A stretch of DNA of 64,000 bases from Azolla caroliniana (GCA_043228905.1 JBHGNT010000137.1:4995-68994); one strand, 5' to 3'. Positions 25,201 to 39,500 are shown, counted from the stretch's first letter. The notes: generated by a model from the sequence alone, not told the origin. Numbers and translations are program-made.

Positions 25201-26189
25201 GTTTGGTGGTCTTGGATTGGGTTTGTTGTAGGAATTACCATTTTGCTTCCACTTGCCTTTACTTTTCGCATGTAGAAGCATGTCATTGGAAGTTTGAGCA
25301 CTTTTCTTCCTTGTTGCCCTGTCTTGTAGCAGGCCAAGAAATGTATTCATATCAGGTGTGTTGGGAAGAAGAGAAATTGTGTCACAAAAGGCTGAGAATG
25401 ACTCAGGGAACTTTATCATTAGACGATGCACAAACTCAACTTCGGTTGACTTGCTTCACAAGGAAATTAATTCCTGTTACGTGATTTGATCCATGATGTT
25501 TGGAGTGTCATGAATCTTGAGATTTGCTAGTTGGCTCTCAACAACTATCATTTGAGCATGATTAGCTCTATGATACCTGGTTTTGATGGCTGCCCATAGT
25601 TCATTGGCTGTCTCTTCATCCGTGTCTTGAAATTGATGAGCGATGCTCGGTTTAATATTAAACATGAGGAAAGCATGAGCACGAGAATCCTTATCGAGCC
25701 AAGCTTCAATCTCAGATTTAGATGAGCCAGCAACTGATTTGGGTGAAGAAGATGAAGTTACCGGTGGTTTCTTCTCACTACCATTGACTACATTCCATAG
25801 ACGATGGTACTGTAGCAAGGTCTTTATCTGCAGTTCCCAATCCAAGTAATTGTTCCTATCCAAGATGGATTCTTTGGGGAGTTGGGGAATGGTTGATGAA
25901 ACAATGGTGGCAAGTGAGGCCATGGATATCGTCCTCTTGAGCTACAACTGGACAATTTACAGCAGCTGTAAGTAGATGTGCAGGGTCTTTCTGCTTCTCC
26001 CTAGATGCTAGGTGAGGCTCAAATGAGTGGAAAAGAAAACAGAAGAACCTCCTTTGTAGGTTGGGATGGTGGCTGCTAAGAGAACCTCCTCTAGAGGATT
26101 GGGAGGGAGGGATAAAAGAAGATTGGTTTGTGTGCTCTTTGGCAAAAAAATCAGGCTGAGGATATGGAGAACTCACTGCTCTGATACCA

Positions 26190-26649
26190 TGTGAGAAAAG
26201 CTGTTAATAGCAGCAGCGGAACAGTTAGAACAAAATAGACACAACCAAGCTGTGAGAAGGCTGTTATACAGCAGTAGAAAAAATGGTTGCAAAGAGTAGA
26301 GACAGCCAAAGAATAGAGCTTGTTATTAAGTAGTAGCAAAAGTAAAAGTCTTTACAAAAGAGGCTGGTAAAGCCTATTTATACAAAATTGGAGAAAGTGG
26401 GTGAAATTTTTGTTTGGTAGTTAAGTGACTCATGTACTACCAAACAAGTGCAATAAACTAGGAATAAGAGGGAATATCTTGGAAAAAGTGGAAGAGAGAA
26501 AAATCATTTAAAGCGTTGCAGATTCTAGACAGAGAAGGCATTTAAAGAGTTGCAGATTCTAGAGAGAGAAGAATCTAGGAAGAGAGAATTTAGAACAGAG
26601 ATAATAAAGATGAAGGAGAGTGCAGGTCTGGGGTTGCCACCCTCCAACA
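26190..26649 (-). repeat. Copia 5' LTR
   Basis: Adjacent to the iMet PBS. Carries a ~17 bp segment absent from the 3' LTR. Confidence 0.95.
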
Positions 26650-29600
26650 TGGCATTGGATTATACAAACTTATTAATATTGGGGTGAATATTAGGATATA
26701 ATATACTTTGTGCATCACATTTGTGGGTTTTGCATTTACATACCTTATGCACTTTGGATGGAGACAGACAGGAGAAGTGGGAATGCCATCACTATATATT
26801 TAGCATTACCTCGTGCTTGGAAACTGTGTTGCATTGCAAAAAAGAAAAGATTTTTTCTAACCAATATTGTTTTTTACTGCAATATTCATCAGCCAAAATA
26901 GGAAATGGTGAAGATAGATTGAATTTTGTAGTAAAGTTTGCACTAAAGACATTTTAAGTATGAACTATAGACCAAAGAAATTGCAATTCAGAAAGAAACA
27001 AAATAGGAGATGTTCTCTGTTTCTATTCCGTTGCTGTTCTCCATGGTTATGCATAGAGATGATTGTACTTAGGAAAGAGGGTTAATAAGACATAAGAAAG
27101 TTACACAGGAAGAGGTAGAAGAAAGCTATAATGCAAACAATATGTATAGGTGTTAGGATAGCTGTTACGTGATGGCAAAAATAGAGTTTCCAGCCCCCAA
27201 GAAATCAGCACTTCATTATATAGGCAGGTAGTTTAAAATCTGGAATTTAAAATACAAAACTTAAAACACTAACATTAAAACATTTAATAGGAATCATATC
27301 CAGAAAAATACAATAAATCATAAAGCGTAATACACCAGATATTAATTAGTATATAATATAAGCATACCGGTACTGAAATAGAAGTACCATGCATGTTTCT
27401 GAAGATTCAAGGAGTTCAGGATCCAGAATGCATAAATATAAAATATGAGGTATCTATAATAATTAATAGCCATATATGTCTGAGACTGTAGGCATTATAC
27501 GTGAATTCTTCATCACTTTTCAAGTGAGACTTCATTGAAAACAAACAGCAAGAAAAGAAAATGAAACTGATAGGTAACCTCAGACAAACAACAGATAAAA
27601 ACATTGGGTAAAGGATGCTAAAGGAGCTGTGGGCAGCAAAACAAGATAAAATTTAAGGCACATTTAGATATGTATTGGTTCCCCACCAAAATTATCAAAA
27701 AGATTCAAAACACATACAAAACTTGGAAAAAAACCTTCACTAACAGCATCTGGAAAAGACATCCAGGCTTTTTTGGGTTGCAAGATACATCCATTGGTTG
27801 CAACTGTGCCTACAAGATTGAGTTCTGAGGTAACAAATGATAGTTGAAGGCCTACACGGTTAATATTGCAATGAATCTCCACAGTTTATTTGTGGTGTTC
27901 TCCTAATACCAACATGCTCCATGTCTAAGGTTCAAAGTGATCGTCTTTAACATTTATTCTGTCCCTATACAGCTTGTATGATTTGAAAACGCTAGTCCCT
28001 ACCATTGGACATGTCAAAAAACAACTCAAATATAAAGGATTGATAGCCATCACATTCAGCAGATCTGGAATTTAAAATTTTCAAACAATTAAGTCTTAAA
28101 CAGTCCAGGAAACATACAGTGATTGATAAACATCTCAGAGACTCCACATTTCTTTTTATAAATAAAGGATGAGGTTTGCAAAGATTATTCCATTATTCAA
28201 AAACTATTATTAAAACTACGAAGGTCTATTTTACTATTAATTCAGGTGTCAGGAACTTCCTCACGATATTGTTAGTGAACAGGTCCCCAAGTTTTTTGAC
28301 CATTCACATTTTTACTGTGTTGCCATGAAAATCAATATTTTTTGTGTAGGAAGGGTTCAATTCAAGAAGGGACTTATTCAAAAAATACATTCTAATATAC
28401 TTGCACTCCTCCAAGATTTCTGATCAGGAAGAATTCGGATCCATTGGATTGTATTTGAGATTAGCAAGCACATGTGGAAGCTTGTTAATGCTTCATCTAA
28501 ACTCGAGATTTTCATCTTGAAACTCCTTGTAAAACATATTATTAGGAGGAAATGTGATGGACACAGGAATTTGAATGATAATAATAATGTTATATCCAGT
28601 GCCCAGAAAGTTCTAATCTCCTTTGGTTTTTGACAAGGTTCTAACCTTTGATTTCATATTGACATTATTTACTTTCAGAAGGTTCTAAGTTCCAATGTCC
28701 TCATAAGCATCATAAATAACCTAGAACATGAAGGAGAAGTTGGAACAAATGTTACATTTACATTTGCCGCAATATTGAAAATGTCTTTTAATGACTTTTA
28801 AAATGCAATTTAAAGTCTTGGCGGACACTTGTGTACCAAGCGCACACATGTCAGTGATGGATATTAAATTAACCCAGGGATATTTCTTGAGCACATTTTC
28901 TAACTCGTGCTCTGGCCAGGTACCTATCCCAGTGGGTTACCTTGATAGCCGCAAATATAAGTAGAATTTCTTCTCTTATCTACATAGATTTTCTATCTGG
29001 TCGACTATAAGGCTCACACAAGACAATCATACTCATAATATGGGACTTGCACTAAATTAAAGGACATCCTAATTGCTGGGGTGATCACATTTCAGCCACT
29101 GAGAAGAATTATATTTGAGTGATCTCTAAATATTTAGACAAGTGACCTTTATTGCCAAAGTTTGGATTTGAAGCATCCGTATGAAGGTAACATAATGTAT
29201 GTGATTCAAATATAGATATTGTTCTTTATTGGATGTGTTTGTTTAAATGATCTTAGAAGCAACCTTATTCTTTCTGATAAATGCAGTGTTCCTCTACCTA
29301 CAAGCGGAAGATACTATGTATTATTTTGGTATTTTTTATGGTTTTTATTTGCAAATATTTTTGTATGGAATGGTTCTGGCACAATTTCCTATTCATAGTA
29401 TCCTCATTCAATTCCTCTTCCTTTTTCACATATAGATGTTTGTAGATGGATATTGTAATTTATAATTTTATACAGAGCAATTATGTTCTCTTCTTCAGTA
29501 GTAAAGCTGACGATTGTGCTTTTTGATTTAATGTTCCTCTGTGGAGGTACTTGCAAAATGACATTTTTGTATTATTCCTCATATGTATGAAATAGCATAT

Positions 29601-29738
29601 GGGGATTTGTAATATTTTACATCACAACATTTATGACATTCTGATTGTCATAGATGTTGATGACATTGTTGCACATACCGGTATCTCATTATGCGAATAT
29701 AGTGATGGTGTCTGAAGTTGAAAAGTTTTATCATGCAG

Positions 29739-30529
29739 TTGTGCAGGGTCCCAAATCATCAGAGCAGGATTTATCAGATACAAATGAAGAACAGTTACAG
29801 AAACTCATTGCACAGGCTTTACTGAATGCTCAAAAGGACAGTGATGCACAGATATCACAACCACTACCACCACCATCACAATCTCGGACTGAGATCCCCA
29901 GGGCCGAAACAAAACAACGTGTTCGAATAATTCCTCTGTTACAAAATTCTGAAAAAGGAACGGGCCATTCAAATGATTGTCTGAATGAAAATAAGGGGTC
30001 ATATGGTCATGCTTTTGATCGTCAGAACATAATGAGCCGTGAGAAATCATGTGCAGCTAGCGGATGGGTTGTGAACCAGCCAAGTGGAATGGTTAGTCAA
30101 GTACCATTACAAATCCATGGAATGCCCTTGGTTCTAGGGCCAGAGTCCCATGTTACAGTTTTCTCAACGAATCAAATGCAGCGTGACTATGAACAAAACA
30201 ACTGGTTCCAAGCATGTCCATCTACAGTCATGCTAGTTAATAACGGTAATGATCTTAATGTATCAGACACAGGCTTCCCCTTTGTGCCCACAGCATATAA
30301 CCAGATGATTGTGGCCCCTGGGAACCACCATTGGATGGGTATGCTACCCCCTGCACCTCAGGTTAATCCTCATCCTCCAACATTCAAACCCGCCTTGTCA
30401 TTGGCTCCACGAGTACGTGTTCGTCGAGCAGTGCCTGTTTGCTCTGCACCACCACCACTTCCTGAAGAGGACATCACTGAGACAAAAGAAGCAGCATCAC
30501 TACAGGCTCTAAATCAGCTCAGACTTTGA
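29739..30529 (+). CDS. DRB2/3/5-like, exon 3 (spliced protein about 419 aa)
   Basis: TGCAG acceptor in phase 1 matches exon 2. EEQLQKLIAQAL and LAPRVRVRRAVPVCSAPP match conserved DRB2/3/5 C-terminal motifs. Confidence 0.85.
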
Positions 30530-30960
30530 ATACCCAGCGTATCAAATACTTTAGGCCGAACATTCAAAGCAGGACATTTTTTGTGGACACCATCATGGGA
30601 CTAAAACAGTTAAAAGCCGAACAAGTTTAGCAGTTTTTGGACATGACACGTACGTTATGAAGGATTCTACACAGCTCAGCCATAATGTGTGGTTGAAGGT
30701 TTTACAATGGCATGAGGATTATTGCTAGAACTGTATATGTTACTGACACTCTCTGAGAATAAAATCTCGCAATGTATGTAAAAGCGCTTTTTTCTTTTAA
30801 TATAAATGGTTATGGGCGTAAGTTTTTGCAAGGCTACTAATTTATTTTGGAGATCTCATCATAAGTAAACCACCTAAGAACATGTTAAAAGAAAGAAAAA
30901 TGAGTGCATTGTATTATTTGTATCCTTCCCTTGTCTTTGAATTGGGCAATTCAAAAATTC

Positions 30961-31330
30961 TTTTATAGACAAAAAGAAATTAGTCAGATGAGGTTTAGGA
31001 TTTCACTATTAGCACTTAATGACATATAATAAATGAGGTTTATTGCTTATCATGTATAACTTTAATAGCAGCTGAAATATATCCCATATATTGGAGGAAA
31101 TGAGAAATCATGATAATGGATTGTGTTCTATGTTTTATCGAATCAGTAAATGAGGTGATTCAAAATTTCTCTTACAGATGAAAAGAAATTAATCAGATGA
31201 GGTTTAGGCTTTCCCTATTAACACATCATAGCATATTATTGAATAAGGTTTATTGCTTATCCGCATTGATATTTACCATGTAATGAATGAAATGAGAATG
31301 CACGATAATGAATCATGTTTTATGCTTTTG
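30961..31330. repeat. Diverged ~210 bp tandem duplication
   Basis: AAAAGAAATTArTCAGATGAGGTTTAGG..AGGTTTATTGCTTATC occurs twice. Confidence 0.75.
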
Positions 31331-31649
31331 TGATCCAATTTTGGCAATGATTGCTGTTTTCGGAAATTTTGATGCCTTTATCACTACTCAAACAGGTTTG
31401 AAACTGAAATATCATCTGTTTTTATGTGCTGAGATGAAAATCACTACTCTTAAGACTTGTCGATAAGGAAACTAGTCCCTATGCACTATGTTGTGTGCAG
31501 TGGAAAAACTGGGTATTTCTGAGGTCGCCATTACTCTTTACGATGGTCAATAAATTTATGTTCATTATACACTGTTTGTTTATAGTTCTGATTCTATAAC
31601 CATTTTATAGTTCTGATCGAATCAATTTACTGTATGCAATAAATGCCTC

Positions 31650-31985
31650 CATAAAGAGCAAGAAACATCCACTTTCAAGATAATGAGTAAATGTAATTAT
31701 TTCTATCTAAAACAATTTAACAATATTGTATGTCATACTTCTATGTTTAATGCTATTCACTTTTGATTGTACAACATGGCTCTGTAAAGAGCAAGAAACA
31801 CTACCTTTAAGATAATATAAGTAAATTTAATAACTTTCATCTGAAATAATATTTCTACATTCGGTGTTATTCATTTTAATGGTAAAACATGGCTCTGTAA
31901 AATGCAATAAACATCCATCTTCAAGGTTATATAAATAAATTTAACAAATTCAATCTGAAATAATATCATGTATGCCATACTTCAA
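31650..31985. repeat. Diverged ~120-135 bp tandem triplication
   Basis: TAAAGAGCAAGAAACA..CTTTyAAGAT..ATCTrAAAyAAT occurs three times. Confidence 0.7.
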
Positions 31986-34900
31986 GGTCAAGCTTGAATA
32001 ACATAAAGGTATACACTACAAGCAAAATGACTAGAGAATGGGGATTCTCTACACGAGTTTATGTACAGTTGTTAGACCTGAAAAACTTTCATATGTAAGC
32101 TTGTCTAATATGTATCTTGTGATCGAATTTCACTCGAATAATCTGTCAAATCTAGTTATGAATTTCATTCCCTATTTGAAAGTACAAACACAATGTCTTG
32201 CACAGAACTAGAACCAAAATTAGAGTGAACATTGCGTTTTTCAGAAACAGAAACAAAAAATAAAGGTGAAAAAAACATGACCTTCAATAACCCAGAGAAT
32301 GTGTAGGATGATTTTACACAAAGTACAAAAAAGATTGTACTGTGTTCTGTTTCACAAGATTTGATGGCTTGCAGTAATTGATGAATTAGATGGAACAGAT
32401 TTGAGAGGCCCTTGATGAGTGTACGCTGGTTACAGAGATAATAGACGGATGTTCTCACATCCCAATTAATCGGTTTTGCTTCTTTACTTCAATATGAGAA
32501 TCTAATTTCGAGCTTGGCTAATATCTTGCAAATAGCAAGAACTAGTTGAGAACTTCAAATTCCTATACCTTCCTACTTTGAAAGAAGAGAAATATACGGA
32601 AAAGAAGGATAATTAGACATAATCTAAAGCTTATACATATGCAAGGAACCAGTCTGTCGAAAGGGAGGGTAATGTAACACAATGCAAATCAAATGGTCAG
32701 TCCTACTGCACATGGTATTGCATTCTACAGCTTATGGATGCCAAATACACATACACGGACACATGCATATACTATATCGACATATGTATCACAGTGGACA
32801 TCAAGTCCATTGTGACCTGCAAGACTTGGTAACGTGAACATCTTGTTCCTGATGGCTCCTCTTGTATATGAAATAAGCTGTTAATGCAAAAGTTGACATC
32901 TTATATACGCTCCATATCGAAAACATCTTAGGTCTTAAATCTGCAAGATTTGCTGAAGACCACCTTATGGGCAGCAGAAAAGGACTGTCTTGTCTTGGAT
33001 CACTACTGCTACCTTTCTGCAGATGTGGGTTGGCCAGGTTTGGAATCAACAATTTAGACCGAATTGTACACCAGCCCCCTCCATTCCAGTTTCATCCATT
33101 ATCTTCTGAGATTCCTCAAGTCCCTTTGGCTTCATTACTTCGGCTGTGAAAAGCTATTACATTTGAACCACCATTATTTTACTGTGAGTTGAATGATCAA
33201 CCAATGACTCACCTCTTTGACCATGATTCAACCAATGAGCTGGAATACCCCTTCACCTGATACAAAGATGGCAATACTTCAGTGGTTGCACTGACTGTTG
33301 TAGGGTTATATGCCCACCTCAAAACCTCTTCCTTTCATACAAGTCATGCCATCGAAACAGCTTCAGAAAAGATATTTCCAACATCTCCAACTTGTGTAAG
33401 AACATATTTCGCCTCAGATGGAAATTCCTCTATCGAATTTCTGTTGGCCGCCTCTACTGCATTTTCAGCCATTCCTTTCTGACTTGGTCTATCACAAGTT
33501 GATTTCCACGTGACCGCAATGCTAATTGACTTGAATCTGTGCATAGTGCTTTGGACTCTCCTATCACACACTAAATCACATACATTTCCATCGACTATTG
33601 GAGAGTGAACCCTCTTCCAATTCTGGTGTCAACCTTCAATCCATCCTTCTTTAGATAGCATTATTTCACTTTTCTCAGGGCTCTCCCTTGACCAGGGCCC
33701 TTCCCAGATCCTGCCAATACTTACTTCATACAGGAGAGATTGGTCTTTATGCCTTGAACCCCTTCCAATCGTGTGGACGGAACACTTGTTCTCTCCAGGA
33801 CATCTTTCTGCAGCTTCCAAATTTCAGTACTAATCTCTGAAACCCACACCCCACGTGTCATGTAAATTATGGTCAATGAAAAACATGGAGAAAACATGGG
33901 AGAATGAATCAACCCAAATGAACATATCCATTAAGAGGAGGAATAACATCAGCTTATAGACAGGCATCAGGCAATGATGCACGACCTACTATATGGCTCC
34001 ACATGGGTGGATGTTAGACTGGATATCGACAAGCGTACAGCTTCTGGGGTTAAGATAAAGGAATGTAAGCTCACTCATTCCAACTCCTGCAACTCTTCCA
34101 TCACTCCCTCTGTAGCTCGGCACTTGGACATTCAATTAGCCCTTCTCTCCCCATTCCTTCAGCTCTGCACACTTTTCTATTACACACCTTATGCCCACAG
34201 GGGGAGACCAATTGAATATGGGAGCCACATTGACTAGCTTGTGAATAACACTGGGCGATAGGGAATTAACACCCAGAAACATATCCTCAAACAAAATATC
34301 CGGACCAAGGGGGCCTCATTATACATACATGCATGCATGCATATATATATATACATACATTTTTTTTTATATTACAGATCTCATGCCCACAGGAGGAGAC
34401 CACTTGATTGACAGAGCCACATTGACTGACTTACGAACAACACCAGGCCATAGTGAAACAAATCCTAAAACAAAATATCCGGATCAAAGGGACCTCAAAG
34501 ATATATTTAATCCAGGCATATCAGGCAGATCATCTTAGACATAATAGTATCACACAATCAAAATCCTAAGAAGAGTAGGCATGAAGTTATATACCAGTGT
34601 ATTTAATATAGAACAAATTTTCGAAAAACAAAATGCTGCCAAAGTACTGAGTTATGTTAGTGTGCATGTGTTAATTAATATACATGTCCCCCTTTAATCA
34701 GTAGAAAAGACAATATAGTGATAATACTTTATTAAATGCTGAAAGTGCATGAATTACACATGAATGCTCAAATGACAACATTCAAAATCACCTTCAACAT
34801 AATATGGTCTTTAATACGTTGGCATATTCTTTTGATCAGCACTCTTGAGGATGATGAACATTAGGTAGGACCATAGAAGATAACAGCTTAAAAGCTTTCT

Positions 34901-36572
34901 TGCAGTTTTCTTTCATGGAAAGACATTCAAAAGTGTCAAGGCATTATCAGTATGAAGGTAAAAACTAAAGCAGTGTTAGTGTTAATATGAAGGTAATATA
35001 TTATCTATTACTTTGATCCCAACACAAAGTTGTTGAGCCTTAAAGGATCTAGAGATTGCTGGAATCAAATTTTACACCCAAGACAAAGAGCCTCCTTCAT
35101 ATTCCACACATACATATTCACAATGAAGGGAGCCATCTGATGTTGAATGTAAAGCCAACCGAAGGTTGCAGATTAAAGAAAACATAGATTCAACAATTCT
35201 CAATTGTGAAAACAATGGAACCTATGCACAAATGGAAAATGGCCAATCTCTTTTTCTCCCCACATAGTTGTGACAATAATACATAAGCAGAGTCACCTTA
35301 CCATATCACGGACCTTGCAAATGTACAAGGGCACAAGTATGAACTTCGTGAAGCAATGTGATTTGAATGGTGCTATTTCTTCTTCACCCACTCTGAAGTT
35401 CAAAGTAGATTAAATGCTACAATTGATTTTGTTCAGGAAAGTGCCTGAAGATGAGATTTATACATAGCTTACAGCGCGTGACAGTTATAATTTTGTCAAA
35501 AACCCATCATTAAGAAATGGTCAAAATGAGCCGGTCCTTCTCTTAGACAACATTCTTGCAAGACAAAACACCAGACGCCTCGACAAATCAGCATGTCAAC
35601 AAATACTCTTCGTTTTTCTGTCAGCAATGAGTGCATAATCCTGTTTTCAAATTTTATTCACAGAAGTCTTCCTCTTCATCAACATCCATTCAAAACATAG
35701 GCACCAGCAAACATAGCCTGCCTTAAATTCTTGAAAAGTAAATCCTGCCACCTCTGCTTTGTGCTGAATTTTTTGTAACTATCATACATGCATCGCAAAC
35801 TTCACATCTCAATAAATATTCTTCACTTTTCTGTCACCAATCAATACAATCATCTTTCCAAATCTTCATCATTCACATAAAAAAGTCTTCAGAATCAACC
35901 CTAAAGTAGAAAAGAAAAGGTATGGAAGGCTAAGTATTATGTGCTGTCTCGTTAGTACGGTTGAATTTCCATTCTAAATGGTCTCCCTTTTTCAAGAGTT
36001 GATACTACTGAGGAGCACAAAACATAAATCAAGAAGATTATGCACAAAGCATAAACAACATACCTTTCAATAAGTATTTTGCCAAACGTAGCACTTCAAT
36101 CCATTGAGCATAGCTCCATCTGATCACTTTGATCTACTTCTCTTGACTTCAATGTTTAATGAAGAAAAAGGAATGAAAAACAGGCATAGCTCCAGCACTA
36201 TTTCCTTCGAAAAATGAGTTGCACGTATGCCATGGCATGATCACTTTGATCAAGTTCTCTTGACTTCAGTATTTGATCAAGAAAAAGGAATGAAAAATAG
36301 GCATAGGTCAGCACAGATGACCACAATAACAAGCGTCAGTTTAAAAATGTACATACCCATAAATTGGGCTTCACTTCATGAACATACCATATGGAAAGAA
36401 AACCTAAGAGAATCCATTGACAGGAAAAATTTGTTTTGAGGCACCCTGGCAAGGACATGTCTTAGCTATCTGTGTGCAGGAAAGCTCTGGTAATGAAGAG
36501 AATATTCTGGATACAAACAGCTATTGATTTAATGACAAATAATCTCTTGCAGAAGAAAGACATTTTAAAACT

Positions 36573-39500
36573 CTATCTTCTCACTAATTCAAGGAATGTA
36601 TTCTTTATCTGTGAGAGTTCTGTTTTCTTTTTTTCATCCATCTCTGAGCTGTTTCCCTCAAAATTGTTGAGGAAGCATACAAAGCTTGATAAAGGTAAAA
36701 AGTTACGATTTGCACTCCCTTCTTTAGTCTGCAAGCCCTCTACTGAAATAGCATTGAGACAATTCAAAAACCTTGTTGCATCCAATGACACCCAACTTGC
36801 AAAAACTGCTGCAACTAACAGACTAAGATCTTCTGGGAGGCCCAACAAAATTATAATCAGATTTGATGTAGGCCACTGTGCTCTTAGAAAGAGTAGAAAT
36901 CCTGACAGAGCATCACTATGTATCAAAGGTTTAAGAAAAGTAGCACAAGATAGAATTAAATTTTCCACGAGAAAAGGTACTGCATTATGCAACTCAGCAA
37001 CAAGCATCCTCCAGAAATACTGCTGCTCAAAGCAGTCCCAAGAAACTGAACTCTTTATCAGATCTGCTATGCGGTCTGGTTGCTTTCCAAGAACTGAAAT
37101 CTCTTTAAGACTAAGCTTGAGCTCAAGTTTTGATAGGTTCCTTGGATCCAGTACAGATACCAGTAACTTTATTACTTCCTTCTTTCCTCCAGAGACATCA
37201 GGAAGATGACTAAACACCATGAAAATCACAAGCAATAGCCTTTGAATACTCCATGTTAGACATGTTTCCAAGTCCTGGAGAAGCACTTCCTCTACTTCAT
37301 CTACTCTCTCTCTTGTTTCCTGTGTCTGTATGCCATTTTCAAGTTTCGAATCACATGATGAAGGTTTGGGAAAAGTACCTTTTTTCCTATACACACCCTT
37401 GATGTACACTTTGTATGATTTAAATGCATCTGAAACCACAGGCAAGTGAGATTTGCTTGTGACTTTTGAGTTTTGGCAGATACCCACCTCAGGTAGCTCA
37501 TTCACCTGCAATGCCTTATGCCAAGAAAATGCAGAGGCTTTCCCACTTTCATTTCCTTCTAACAAAGACGATAATTCATTATCCTTGTGAGGCTCCTTAG
37601 TACATTTTGGAGAAATTAGGGCATCCAAATCTGGTTTCAATTCAGTACCAGTTAAAACATTGCTCTGATCAATACACTCAGCTATCCTGCAGATGTAACA
37701 AAGAAGACGGGCACCAACTGCATAACCTTCAGTGTGCCAAGCTAAGAGCAACTGTAGCAGCTTTGGATGATTAGATTGGGTAAACCTGCGAAGAATTGCA
37801 GATGTCACTGACATTATCTCATCATTTTCGAGAGAATCTGACAGATACCCTGATAGTGGTGTAAATAAGTCATGTCCACTCGCCTTCACCATGTCAGAAA
37901 CCTTCTTTGCGAAAGCATGAGCACTTTCCATGGCATGCCCTGTCTTTTCATCATCATTTCCTTCAGTTGTCACACTGCTGTCACTATCAGATATAAAAGA
38001 TACTATCAACTTGTCTAAAACAGCAGCAGCCTCTTCTTGGGACCTTGTAAGTGCTTTTGCAAGATCATTAAGAGTTACAATATCAATGCGCCTCTTCTTG
38101 TGCAGCTTATTGTCCATCATTCCATTATTTGACTCCATCGTCGGTGTTCCTGGCTCAGAATTATCTTCACCCAAGTCTCGTTCTGTAACAGTTCTTGATA
38201 ACGGTTTTTCTTGTCTAGAATGTGATTCACTTTGGACTGTTGAAACCCCCCTTATGCTACCTAATGGGGATGGAATGGAATCGGGAACCTCTTGCTGAAC
38301 ACATTCTTGCTTCACATTTTTATGGGCTTCCATAGATTCTGCTTGGGAGTACATTGGGAAGTAGGCAACAAGCTTCTCCCTAAGCCAAGGAGAAACATGT
38401 GAATTACATGCTAAAGGCTCCAATGACCTAACAACGCCTTTACTTACCAGTATGTCCACTGATGTGACCACCCCACGAGCTATCAAGTCTTTCCTAGAAG
38501 GGTCATAATGCTCCAAGCACAGAAACAAAAACTCTAACAAAGAATGAGTAATATCTATGTACTTTGGAACAGAGTGTACCATAAGAAGAAGAGCAGGCTC
38601 AATATTCATTATATTGTCTGTCTTGGTCATAAAGAAAAACCAATCATAGAACAAAGCAAGTTTGGCATTTGCCTCAACATGTTGACTTTTGCAACATTTC
38701 AAAAGCCAGCCTATAACTGCCCATCGTGGCACTATGTCCGATTGGAGGATGTGATTTGGGGGATGGTGAACACAACAAATGAAACGAATGAGATCACAAA
38801 CCAAAGTCTCACTTCCAGGTGCTGACAGAAAGCGCTGAGCAAACCATGCCTGATAGCGCCTCTGATTCCCCATGCGCACATATGTGAGCATGAACCTGAT
38901 TTGTGATTCCATCTCCATGGTTAAGCGTGAGAGTAGGTAACGTGTCGGTGTTCGCACGACATATAGCTGTGCAATATCTGTAAAACTAGAGACATTGAAA
39001 GCAGATGGATTCGAGAGTAGATCCTTCCAAATAGACTCAAATTCTGGAATGAAAGTAACATCCTGCAAAAGCCGCACAAGATCCCTGCCTATAACGAGGC
39101 ATTCTTGGAAGCAGTTGCGAAGTATCTTTACACAGAAAGAAGCTTCATCCTGTCTTAGCTCATTTAATACAGTGTTTTTAGCCATGAAATGATCCGGTAA
39201 AAGTCGAAGGAATGTGAACAAAGCACTTGTAAGTAGTCCTGGATTCCCAATAAGCCAGGTCCAGTTATTCCTGAGCATATCCAACACTTGCCCAGACAGC
39301 CACACATTCCACTGTGTTACATCGCCTCCTATGATGCAGCGCAACAATGATAAGCATAAGTTCTCCACTTCCGATGCAGACAAAGCTATTAACTGCTTAA
39401 CCAGCAACAATAGCTGAGTGCGGCACTGGTCGAGAAGCTTTGGGTAGTGCTCATTGACAAGTCGTAGAAGAACAGAAACAATGCAAGCATACCCATCGGT

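Larger units (their letters stand above)
21792..26649 (-). mobile_element. Ty1/copia LTR retrotransposon with both LTRs, degenerate and internally deleted, in DRB intron 2
   Basis: LTRs 21792-22234 and 26190-26649 (TGTGAGAAAAG...CCTCCAACA). PBS rc TGGTATCAGAGC at 26178-26189. PPT next to 22235. Gag (NYLDW, CHYCGYKGH), protease (WLVDSGATTHM), GAG-pre-integrase (LWHARFGH), integrase (VHMDLCGP, PQQNGVVERKNRT), RT (KARLVAHGY), RNase H (ADWAG, RTKHIEVHYHF). Flanks are TGCCA and TGGCA. Confidence 0.96.

Noticed and set aside
29654-29738. Independent start for the 291 aa ORF
   Set aside because: This part is intronic. The phase-matched acceptor at 29738 makes the rest DRB exon 3.
33282-33912. Coding-looking short minus-strand ORFs
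   Set aside because: Frames are interrupted by stops and I recognise no family. A decayed gene cannot be excluded.
30529-36573. Natural antisense overlap between the convergent DRB and INTS3 transcripts
   Set aside because: The stop codons are 6 kb apart and the sequence alone gives no evidence that the 3' ends overlap.
36472-39417. Plus-strand ORFs (245 aa and smaller) opposite INTS3
   Set aside because: Antisense shadows of the real coding frame.
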